Source: Paragordius varius (lineage: Eukaryota; Animalia; Nematomorpha). Taken from it: a stretch of 64,000 nucleotides of DNA. A model generated the notes under the pieces. The model did not search any database and was not told the DNA's origin. It saw only the letters and a program-made list of their open reading frames with translations. The stretch is taken from NCBI GenBank assembly GCA_964247055.1, contig OZ176050.1:2294001-2358000 (forward strand), given 5' to 3'. The position numbers and the translations under genes are program-made. Shown here piece after piece: positions 42,391 to 54,107 of the stretch; within the stretch, counting starts at the first letter, position 1; each line of letters starts with the position of its first letter.

Positions 42391-45300
42391 CAGTATGCAT
42401 TTTAATGTCTGTTAAGTAATTTTATTGCCTGCCAAATAACATAAATGGTTTATCAAAAGCGTAAAATATGACCCACGAAATTATTTCGTAGTACACATAT
42501 GAAAGAAGATTGACGTGAGAATTAACATAGGCTTTATTGATGGATATTTAATGTTAAATTTTGGGAATATTATAGCAATTTATGTTAACATTTGTAATAT
42601 TGTTGTTACGTATTTAGATGCGGAATTTTGTGGGTTTTTATCTTTGATAAATTAATAAATAGTAAAATACGTATTTTAAGATATTTTATGTTAATTATTC
42701 CTAAATTTAATAATAAATATTTTTCAACATGCTAAATAGCTTTATTAATTAATCTTGGTATCATAATATTATATAGTTGTTATTACTAATTAAAAAAACA
42801 CAGGTAAATATATATTTGTGAAAATTTAAGTAGATTTTTGTCTTTTATGTTTTGCATTATTTTTATCAGGTAAAAATTGCGGTTTTTAATAAATTTCCTA
42901 AAAATTAAGTTTTTTTTTGTTTTTTAGGTTTTGCATTGTTAATTGAAATTAATTACTACATATTTTGGACATTATAATAAATAGAGGTAAAAATTGCGGT
43001 TTTTAATAAATTTACTAAAAATTTAGTTTTTTAGGTTTTGCATTGTTAATTGTAATTAACTACTACATATTTTTGACATTTTAATAATTACAGGTAAAAA
43101 TTGCGGTTTTTAACAAATTTAGTAAAAATTTTGTTTTTTTAGTTTTTTTAGGTTTTGCATTGTTAATTGTAATTAACTACTACATATTTTGGACATTTTA
43201 ATAATTACAGGTAAAAATTGCGGTTTTTAACAAATTCAGTTAAATTTTGTTTTTTTTGTTTTTTTAGGTTTTGCATTGTTAATTGTAACTAACTACTGCA
43301 TATTTTGGACATTATAATAATTACAAAATTTAGTAAAAAGTTAATTTTTTTGTTTTAGAGGATTTTCATTGTTAATTGTAATTAATTAATTTTGGACATT
43401 TCAATTAATAAAGGTAAAAAATGAGGTTGTTTTTATATTTAATAAAATTTAATATTTTCTTGTTTTTTTATTTAATATTGTTAATTGTAATTAATTACTA
43501 CATATTTGGAAATTTTAATAAATACAGGTGAAAATGGCGGTTTTTAACAAATTTCAAATGTAACATTTTTTGTATCTCGTATCATTGTTATTTAATTAAT
43601 TACTAAATATTTTGGACATTTAAAAAACTTGTGTAAATTGCGGTTTTTATTAAATTAGTAAATTTTATTTTTTGTTCAACCTTGCTAATTTATTTATCAC
43701 TATATATTTGTGATACATTGATATATACAGGTAAAAATTATATGACTTGCGGTTTTTTGAATTTTTTAAAATATTTTTTTTACATTGATAACTTATATAA
43801 TAAATATAGTTAACATATCTGAGTAGGTTAAAATGCATGTTACGGTTTTATGTTTGACATTTTATTTTCCATCAACTATTTATATTTTAACAAACAACTT
43901 ATGTCTCCAAAGATTGAAAATAAGATCAAGATATATAAAACATATTTTAAAGTATCTGAATATCGCCAAATATAAATAAATTTATTTAATTTTAAATGTA
44001 TAATTATACAAAATATTCATATTATGTTTGAAATTAACATTCTTCTTATTGATATTAATACAGGTAATTTGTTTATATAAATGATGTACGATGCGGTGTG
44101 CGTTCATGATGATCATATGGATTCAAGAATAGTATAAGATGTAGATAATCCTGAAAATTTTAATCACCATCATTTTTTAGGTAGATTCTATCACCTAAAA
44201 TATAAGATAATTAATATATAAGAAAATTGATACCTGGATTCTAGAATTATTTTCAACAATTGGGGGCTAAAACATTCAAAGTTGAAAGAGAACTAAATAA
44301 GGTTAACTTGGTTTTTTAACAACTAAATTTGCAAAAAAATATTTTCTTCATGATAAAATATTCAAAAATGATACTTTATGTTTTTTTTCGTTCTACCATC
44401 CTAAACTATAAATATGAAAAGGCTTATATGATTTCACCATACCAATGACGTCAAATAGAAAATAGAAACAAATAATTTTTTTCAAAAGCTTGGAATGCAA
44501 CAGCACTCCAAAAGCAGGCAACACTAACATTGTTTGCTTTGGTGAAGAATAATTTTTTATATTTATAGTTTAGGATGGTAAAACGAAAACGTAAAATAAG
44601 GTATCATTTTTGAATTTTTTATCATGAAGAAAATATTTTTTTGCAAATTTAGTTGTTAAAAAGCCAAGTCAACCTTTTGAGTTCCCTTTCAAACTATGAA
44701 TGTTTCCCCCAATATTTAATCCAGGTATCAATTTTCTAATATATCAATTATCTTATATTTTAGGTGATAGAATCTACCTAAAAAATGATGGTGATTAAAA
44801 TTTTCAGGATTATCTACATCTTATACTATTCTTGAATCCATATGATCATCATGAACGCACACCGCATCGTACATCATTTATATAAACAAATTACCTGTAT
44901 TAATATCAATAAGAAGAATGTTAATTTCAAACATAATATGAATATTTTGTATAATTATACATTTAAAATTAAATAAATTTATTTATATTTGGCGATATTC
45001 AGATACTTTAAAATATGTTTTATATATCTTGATCTTATTTTCAATCTTTGGTGACATAAGTTGTTTGTTAAAATATAAATAGTTGATGGAAAATAAAACG
45101 TCAAACATAAAACCGTAACATGCATTTTAACCTACTCAGATATGTTAACTATATTTATTATATAAGTTATCAATGTAAAAAAAATATTTTAAAAAATTCA
45201 AAAAACCGCAAGTCATATAATTTTTACCTGTATATATCAATGTATCACAAATATATAGTGATAAATAAATTAGCAAGGTTGAACAAAAAATAAAATTTAC

Positions 45301-46455
45301 TAATTTAATAAAAACCGCAATTTACACAAGTTTTTTAAATGTCCAAAATATTTAGTAATTAATTAAATAACAATGATACGAGATACAAAAAATGTTACAT
45401 TTGAAATTTGTTAAAAACCGCCATTTTCACCTGTATTTATTAAAATTTCCAAATATGTAGTAATTAATTACAATTAACAATATTAAATAAAAAAACAAGA
45501 AAATATTAAATTTTATTAAATATAAAAACAACCTCATTTTTTACCTTTATTAATTGAAATGTCCAAAATTAATTAATTACAAACAATGAAAATCCTCTAA
45601 AACAAAAAAATTAACTTTTTACTAAATTTTGTAATTATTATAATGTCCAAAATATGCAGTAGTTAGTTACAATTAACAATGCAAAACCTAAAAAAAACAA
45701 AAAAAACTAAATTTTTACTGAATTTGTTAAAAACCGCAATTTTTACCTGTAATTATTAAAATGTCAAAAATATGTAGTAGTTAATTACAATTAACAATGC
45801 AAAACCTAAAAAACTAAATTTTTAGTAAATTTATTAAAAACCGCAATTTTTACCTCTATTTATTATAATGTCCAAAATATGTAGTAATTAATTTCAATTA
45901 ACATTGCAAAACCTAAAAAACAAAAAAAAACTTAATTTTTAGGAAATTTATTAAAAATCGCAATTTTTACCTGATAAAAATAATGCAAAACATAAAAGAC
46001 AAAAATCTACTTAAATTTTCACAAATATATATTTACCTGTGTTTTTTTAATTAGTAATAACAACTATATAATATTATGATACCAAGATTAATTAATAAAG
46101 CTATTTAGCATGTTGAAAAATATTTATTATTAAATTTAGGAATAATTAACATAAAATATCTTAAAATACGTATTTTACTATTTATTAATTTATCAAAGAT
46201 AAAAACCCACAAAATTCCGCATCTAAATACGTAACAACAATATTACAAATGTTAACATAAATTGCTATAATATTCCCAAAATTTAACATTACAAAATATC
46301 CATCAAATTAAAGCCTATGTTAATTCTCACGTCAATCTTCTTTCATATGTGTACTACGAAATAATTTCGTGGGTCAGTATTTTACGCATTTGATAAACCA
46401 TTTATGTTATTTGGCAGGCAATAAAATTACTTAACAGACATTAAAATGCATACTG
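42391..46455. mobile_element. 4.07-kb foldback element, TA|CAGT..ACTG|TA (Tc1/mariner-type ends), with tandem ~107-117-bp subrepeats in each arm
   Basis: TA at 42389-90 and 46456-57. The left arm 42391-44420 is the reverse complement of the right arm 44554-46455, with a ~133-nt loop. Subrepeat heads AGGTAAAAATTGCGG lie at 42868, 42985, 43092 and 43209. No ORF. Confidence 0.92.
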
Positions 46456-46509
46456 TAATATGCCTTTTTTAAAAATATTTTTAGTTGATAAATTTAGCAT
46501 ATATACCTT

Positions 46510-46800
46510 TTGCAATTCGTATTTCACCCTTGAACAATTCAAATCACCCTAAAAATAAATTATGTATTTTCGGGGTAATATAACTCATCATTAATATGAA
46601 ATATATTTTTACGAAATATTATTATTTTATCAGCATTATATTAATTTTAAACAGTACTTCATATAAAAATATTATAAAATAAAGGTAATATTTTATCTTA
46701 AAAACACATAATCTATTTTAGGGTGAATTCGAATTGTTCGAAGGTAAATTGGAATTTTTCAAGGGTGAATTTTAATTGTTTAAGGGTGAATCTGAACACT
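46510..46800. repeat. Small element built on a ~21-bp AGGGTGAATTTGAATTGTTCA unit (tandem plus inverted copies)
   Basis: About four tandem units at 46720-46797 and an inverted copy at ~46515-46555. A related array lies at ~54480-54555. Confidence 0.6.
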
Positions 46801-48899
46801 AATTGGTATATTTAAAATATTTATCGCGCAAGCACTTTTGCGTTTATTTTCAGAATAACCCATTTGAGACTTTGGGAGTCCTCATCTAAAATTTAAAAAC
46901 TTTAAAAATATTGTGCTTTTTATATGTAGTTTGTGATATATTTTAGTGATATTTTTTGTATAGAAGCATTTTTTCACCAAAAATTAATTTTAAAAAATGT
47001 GCGCAAATTTTGCCATTTTTTGATATGGAGGACCTACCACAAAAGATTTAATAACTTCATATGTAACTCACAAGAGCCCCAAAAGCACCATGTTAATCCT
47101 TTGACATTATCCTATCAGAATATATAGATATTTTATCAGGATGCTTTTGGTTGTGTACACTGTGTAATAGATTAAAGCGTTTTTCTACCGTTTCCAGCAT
47201 GCCTAAAAATAGTTGAAGTAAAAATATCCATTTTTCCGAAAAAATCATTTTTTGATGTCAAAATTTATCATATATTTAAAATTTATATCCCGCAATCTCG
47301 GCAATTTAACATTTATTTAAACACATCGATTATTGGGGTATCTATGACCCTAGACTATAAAGTAAATTAATTTTTAATAAACTACTGAAAGAAACGGCCC
47401 CTATTTAAATTTATGCTTCTATCCTATTAAAAATTATATAAATAAGCCAAAATACTCAAATTTATTTTTAAAAAAAGGTTTTATATCAAACTACTAACTC
47501 GTTTATTTAAAAACATTTTTTGCAAAGTATCGTGTTTAGTTCATTCTAAGGCTAAAATTATGTTTACTTTTTTATTAAAATCTTATTTACCATTTATATA
47601 ATAAAAAAGTGGTATATTTTGCATTATTATTTATATTAGGCTAATGCACACATGTCATGTTGACTAAATTACCTTGAAATTTATCCATTAAATAAGTTAT
47701 AACATTTTTTTATAGTTTTTATCATATTTTGATGCACCAATGTTATATAAGTGCTAACATTTGCGATAGTTTTAATTTATTCCATATATTTAGAAATATT
47801 TGATTTTAAATAGGCCTGGTCCGAAAGACCCCAATTTGAATTAAAAGTGTGAAATAAGGGCCAAAACCAAAAGCAATATGGTAATTCTGAAGCGTGTTTC
47901 TATCCAAATATAAAGCTGTATTGATATAAACATAAAAAGTGGTTTATTTTGCAACTTTCATGTAGCTTATGCACATATGCCATGTTGGCTAAATTATAAT
48001 TCGGGTTTATCCCTAAAATAAGTAATATCAAGTTTTTTAATTGATTCTTTTTTATATATCGGATCCATGTTATATTAGTGCAAACTTGGTTTCAATTTAT
48101 GCCATATTTTTTTGGAATTTTGATACACAGGCGGGTCATCGACGACCCCAATTTGAATCAAAGTACTGTAATGTGCTGTACTTAAGTGTTAATTATAATT
48201 ATCAATCGGAAAATTATCATGAATATTGTTATTTCCTTAACATATTATTGAAATTCATTATATATGGTATATGATTTCGATATAATCTTTTTGTTGTATT
48301 ATTTAATTAACATTTTTTACATTATTTATTTTCATTGGGTGGGAGGAAGGGTATTCCTTAATTTTTTTTATTTTCCTAAACTTTGATTTGTATCTAATTT
48401 TTTAATATTTATTTTAGACTTTTTTAACATTAGGACAAAAGTATCTTTAAATTTTGTAATGCGTCACCGTTCAAAATATCTGGTCACATTAATTTAGCCT
48501 TGCTATACAAGTTTTTTTTTCATTTTTACTAGAAAATAAAATTAAATCAAATTTATTTTTATCCCATTTTATTAATTCTTTGAACTACCCTTATTAAAAA
48601 GTCATAATCACATTCAAAATGAATCTGCTTGGGTTTTGTTATATATATGTATATTTTGTGATTATGGTCATTTGCTTAAATTATGGCTTTTAGATCATCT
48701 TATAGAATATTACTTCAGCCATTGGTTCCATACGCGACAAGTATGATTAAACCGGCAAATTAATTTTTGAAAAAAAATGTCAAAGTTTAAATGATTAACT
48801 GTGAAAAATTAGATATAAAATATGATTTGTTTAATGTGTACAAATCATGACCATCAAATTTAATGCTAATCCGAATAACTTTATACATAATTGTGTATG

Positions 48900-49440
48900 C
48901 CCTCACAACGGACACCGACCAAAAAAAATAGAGGCTTTTAATGACAAACTCTAAAACTTAATTAACCCGTACCTAAAAAAATATATGATTATAATAGGTG
49001 GCGATTGGAAAAATATGGTTGGAAATCAAGAGCACGACAGGATGATTGGAAAACACGGATTAAGTGAAAAAAATCGAAGCTGATGAACTTGATAGAATTT
49101 TGTATGATTAATCTGTATGTTCTGAATGCCTAATAGAAACAACAAAAAAGCCGATTATAGTCTGGGTTCCTTTTGGGAAATTTTAAAACATAACTCAAAA
49201 TGAAAAAAGTTTTTTTTAAATGCTAAAACTGAGAGTTGTGACTGATCTAGAGATCACCTATTATTACTAACCACTCCGAACGCGCATGATAAAATTCCGA
49301 AGAAGAGAAGAGAACACAAATATAGCGAACATATCCCTTCAGAATAAGATAGAAGTAAACAATAGATTTGAATTATTAAATGAAGAGAGATAAACTTAGA
49401 AACAGAATGGAATAACATTAAAACATTATTCCTTGAAGTA
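48900..49440 (+). mobile_element. RTE-type LINE endonuclease fragment, same family as 3885-5445
   Basis: ATGATTATAATAGGTGGCGATTGG..GGAAAACACGGATTA..GAATTTTGTATGATTAATC matches the reverse complement of ~4945-5065. Confidence 0.75.
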
Positions 49441-50137
49441 CAAAAATATTAACCAAAAACTTATAAAAAATGATGTAAATTAAATACTGCTTTTAAAGCT
49501 ATTTGAGTTAAAATTTAAATACTAAACATTGTTTTTCTACATTAGATAAAAAAACTTTTATTTTTACATTTTTTTGTTTTTAAAGTCTAAAATTGGGACA
49601 CAAAAAAAGATTTAACTAAACAGCTGATTTAAAAATTAATAATATTAAGTTTTTGCTGGTAAAATGCAACTTAATAAAGTTATTATTTACATACGCCTAT
49701 TTTTAAAAATTTGAAATAACGGTCGTGAAAAAGTTTGAGATGATGATTTTTTATAATACCTAAAAGGCTAAGAAAATATTTTTAAATTTAGCCTAATACC
49801 TTAAGATCAAAGTTTAAATCGCTCTAGGCTATAAAATGGAATGTTAAAAAGGGTGCACATGGCAAGATAGATGTATTTATTAATAGGAATAGCATGGGAA
49901 ACAGGTAAGTGGATGAAAATTTTAGATATCCAGGGGATCGTATTTGAAATAAGGAATTACCTACATAAGATGGTTTTATGCCGGGTGAAGAAAAGAACTA
50001 ATTTTAATTATAACAATATTAATGAAATACCAAACACCTACTTTTATAAATTTATGTACCAATTTATATTTAATTCAAACATCTTATCATATTATACATA
50101 TCCGGATAAAAACGTTAATTTTTGAAACATCTTCGAT

Positions 50138-53100
50138 ATGTTTTCGTATTTGCCTGATGATTATGACCATGAACCAGAAAGAGATGCCTCGCTCATCGTA
50201 AATTGCGATAAACCATTCAATGCCGAACCTTTATCCAAAGATTTAGTGAAAGATTATGTTACGCCTATTAGGAGCTTTTACAAAAGAAATCACGCTCCAA
50301 TTCCATACGTCGATTTGGATAAATTTAGGTAATTTTTGACTTTTATATTCAGGTTATTGGTTGACGGCTACGTAAAAACACCAAAATTGTATAGCATAAA
50401 CGATATAAAGAAATTTGAAAAATCCACCCAAATTTCTTTTTTAATGTGCGCAGGTAACCGTAGAAATGAAATGTCATCTTTTAAAAAAGTCAAAGTAAAT
50501 TTTATACATTAAACAGCAGGGTGTAGGATGGAATCAAGGTGCTTTAAGTAATTCACAATGGAGAGGAACGTTATTAAGGAATATTTTAAATGATGTAGGA
50601 GTGCAAGTTTTGACAATTTACATAGATTAGGATGCCGCCAAACATGTTCATTTTGAAGGATTGGATTTTCATTTGAGAAAAGAACCATACCTAAAAGAGA
50701 TGCATCATTACAATTCTCAAAACGATCCAAATTTTAAGCATTATGATATTAATGCTGAGGAACAATCTGTTACAACGTACATAAAAAGCATGTTAGATTT
50801 TCACTTGGATGGATATGGTTCATCAATTCCATTAGAAAAGACATTAAATGGTGGGCATGACGATGTTCTTTTATGCTGGGAGGTTAGTGCATTATAATTT
50901 TTTAATATTAAATAAATATGGTTTTACATAATATACATTGAATAATAATTCTTTATATGTTATACAACGATATTTTAGGATTTTATTTTGTTGGCCATTT
51001 TATTATCACAAGTTAAATTAATTTTTTAATATTTGAATAATAGGTAATACACGGTTAGTTTGAGCCAAAACAGCTAAAATAAAAACTATGTAGTAATGAA
51101 ATAAACATGACACTTTTTAGAATTTTTAAGTAAAATACTTGATACCACGTTAATAAAAATTATCCCAACGCCTAAATTTAATTATCTTTAATTTATACTT
51201 AGATGGACGGACAAGAGTTAACTCCTGAACACGGATATCCGTTAAGGATTATTGTTCCAAATTACATTGGAGCACGTAGTGTTAAATGGGTTTGGCGGAT
51301 AACTCTTTCCCCGTTTGAAAGTGACAATTTCTATCAACAACGCGATTATAAACTTTTACCACCGCATGTAACACAATATTACTTTATTTTTTTCGTAGTA
51401 AATTTTGAAGGCAAGTAAATTTATTTCCTTAATTAAAACAAAAAAGGTTGATTGGGGAAATGTGGATGAATATTGGGATAAATGCCCTGCCATTCAAGAA
51501 TTAATACCACAAAGTGCAATTTGCTCTATTCGAGAATGTTCAACTAACCAAGAATGCTATGATGAATTTAAAAATGTATGTATCTTACCATCTGACTTTG
51601 CTACAAAAGAGGATATAACGAAAGAAATTCATTTGATAATCAAAGGATATGCCCTAAGTTTTGATCAAAGGTATTTCTTAGTAGAATTTTTATAGCTAAA
51701 ATTCTAATTAATATGACATAAATAGAACCAACATATGTTTTTTTAACTTAGGGGTCTCATGCATGCGGGCCGCATGGGAATCCGCATACAAAAGAAAATG
51801 AAAATATGTATGTTTTGAGAAGTCTAATATTTTATTTTTATAATTATATAAAAATCAAAGGTTGTTATTCTAAAGCATTAATTTTCTAAGTTAGATTTTT
51901 AGTTATCTTATAAACACACTATTCTCCTTTTAGAGCGACAGAAAATTTGTAAAATTATAGGTTAGCACGTCCAAAAACTAAAAATTCAATAAGGATGCGG
52001 CTTTCCAATTAAGGAAATAGTTGGTATTCTAAATGGCAAAATAAATTTTAGTGATTGTACCGTAATTTCCAAACAGTCGTTACACTAATAAATAACTATT
52101 AAACCTCTTTAATTTTAAATTTAGCCCCTGAGGGCCTACCATCAAATCTTTAATAACACTAATCTTTTTTAAAATTGGAAATTATTTTACAACACAAGTC
52201 AATTAATACATTGGCTATCTATTTTATGGTTCAATATTGGTATTTTTAATAAAAATGCAAAAAATTAAATTGTCCATTATTTTGAAGCCTTTTTTATCAT
52301 CTGTAAATATTTTACTAATTTTATTAAATTCAGCGGGACACCTGGATAATATACCATTTACACCTATTAATTTCGAATTTACCCTAAATATACTTATGTG
52401 TTAAAATTCTTTATGTCAATATTTTTAGAATTTCATTATTGTTAAAGTTTCATCGTAGAAAACATTTTCATAGGTAAAAACACATTATTCTTAGGATAAA
52501 TTGTGCGAATGTGCAGCATTTGAAATGTTTGAGGGCTAATCCGAAGTATTTAAGGGTAAATTTGAGGTGAACCATTATAATTAACTACAAATTGGTCACT
52601 TAAATAATTATGTGCGCAAAAATTTAGTAATTTGCAAGTTTGGGTCAGTCTTGATGACGGTCACATTTGGATTAAACCGGAATGCGAACGGAAAGGAATG
52701 TCCGCTTGGGTTTTATGGACTTTGCAGGCTAGCTTAGAACTTAAACACAGCAATGATCATATACCCAAAAGCATTATGGTTAAATGTCAAAACATTGGTT
52801 TATTATTAATTTTATTATTGTTGGAAATAATAATTTAGTGATTTAAAGAAGAATCCATTGCATTTATTGTAGTAATCGCGTTTCAAAAATATAATTCAAA
52901 TTTTCTTGTTTTTTAATTTATAATATTCCAAATCTGTTGTTAAGCCATTTTCTCACATTCTACATTAAAATAATTGCCAATATCAAATACCATTTGACCA
53001 AAAATAATGGAACAAAAACCGTTTTTTCATTTAAAACAACAAAATATATGTATGGTAGATGAGAATGGTAATATAATTGCCACACAACCCAAAGATATGG

Positions 53101-53192
53101 AAAAAATTTGGAATTTACGCGGAGTTATGAATAATGTAATTCACACAGTGCCAATAAAGTTAGAGATTGGTGGTGCTATTGGGAAAAAATAA
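50138..53192 (+). CDS. SUOX: Sulfite oxidase (Mo and dimerisation domains), ~454 aa, apparently without cytochrome b5 domain
   Basis: Exons are 50138-50328, 50353-50494, 50520-50606, 50631-50882, 51203-51367, 51447-51670, 52628-52797 and 53059-53192, totalling 1365 nt. Motifs: PFNAEP, FYKRNH, CAGNRR (Mo-ligating Cys at 50447-49), HGYPLR..GARSVKW, QRDYK, IKGYA, IWNLRGV. Confidence 0.93.
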
Positions 53193-54107
53193 TTTGTTCT
53201 TTCTCAAATCATTATTTCATTTATTTAACCATATTCAAGGTGTAATTTTGTACAATTAATATCCATATAATGCAATAATTTTATTTAAGAAAAGGAAAAC
53301 TTTTTTTGGATTTAATTATTTCTGTTGCTGTTGTTGTTTGCGCAATTTCAACATTTCAGCCAATTCCTATTAATGATATTAGGTAATATATAAAGGTGCT
53401 GTATAATAATACAATTATATATATATACAATTTTAAACTGATACTATTTATAATTGCAATTATTAAACAATTACTGATTTTATTATATTACACAACGTAT
53501 TTAGCATTTATAGTAATTTTATGATATAATGCTTAATATATATTAATAAATTTGAATTATTGCTGATTTTTGGTATACCTTAAAAATATTAATATTATTA
53601 ATACCTTATCGCAAAAAGCAATAATAGATATTTATTTTCGAATTAAATTATCAACAGATTAATATATACCGTTATAATACATTTACAAAGAGTTTTGAAA
53701 AATAATGATTACATAGGTCAATTAAATAGCTTTAATAAATAGAGTTGTAGCGTTCACCATAATTTCCAAAAAAAATATTTCATTATGCTTTTATGCAACA
53801 TATATTTTTTAAATTTTATTTTTAACTGGGTAGGATCGTCAACCATATAAATTTGTATTAAAAATGACTGCCTTAAATTTGTTTTATACATAAAAATCTA
53901 GAAATAATTGGTATCCGAAATTTGACAAACTAACCTACCATTACTAGCCGAAACCATAAAACTTTTCCGTTACGTTTTCTATATCTTAAAAAATGTTTTA
54001 ATACTTGTATTCCAATACATTAAGTAAAGATGTATAATAAGTAAATATCGATTAAAAAGCAAAAAGACTCTTCCAAATTAGCCTGTATAAACTTTAAAAT
54101 ATTTATA

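Noticed and set aside
42860-43330. CRISPR-like array of regularly spaced repeats
   Set aside because: Whole ~110-bp units are repeated with no unique spacers, the context is eukaryotic, there are no cas genes, and the units are foldback subrepeats.
49871-50125. Upstream coding exon of sulfite oxidase (GTAAGT at 49905)
   Set aside because: No b5 or presequence features, it ends in TGA before the SO start, and there is no acceptor to join it.
50329-50630. Alternative genetic code or stop read-through (TAA/TAG) instead of micro-introns
   Set aside because: The 25-, 28- and 41-nt cases shift frame and need splicing, all segments are GT..AG, and TAA is the genuine stop of the conserved G-beta gene.
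50138-53192. Nitrate reductase Mo-domain fragment
   Set aside because: It retains the SO-type Tyr (RDYK) and Arg (WNLRG), and there are no downstream heme or FAD domains.
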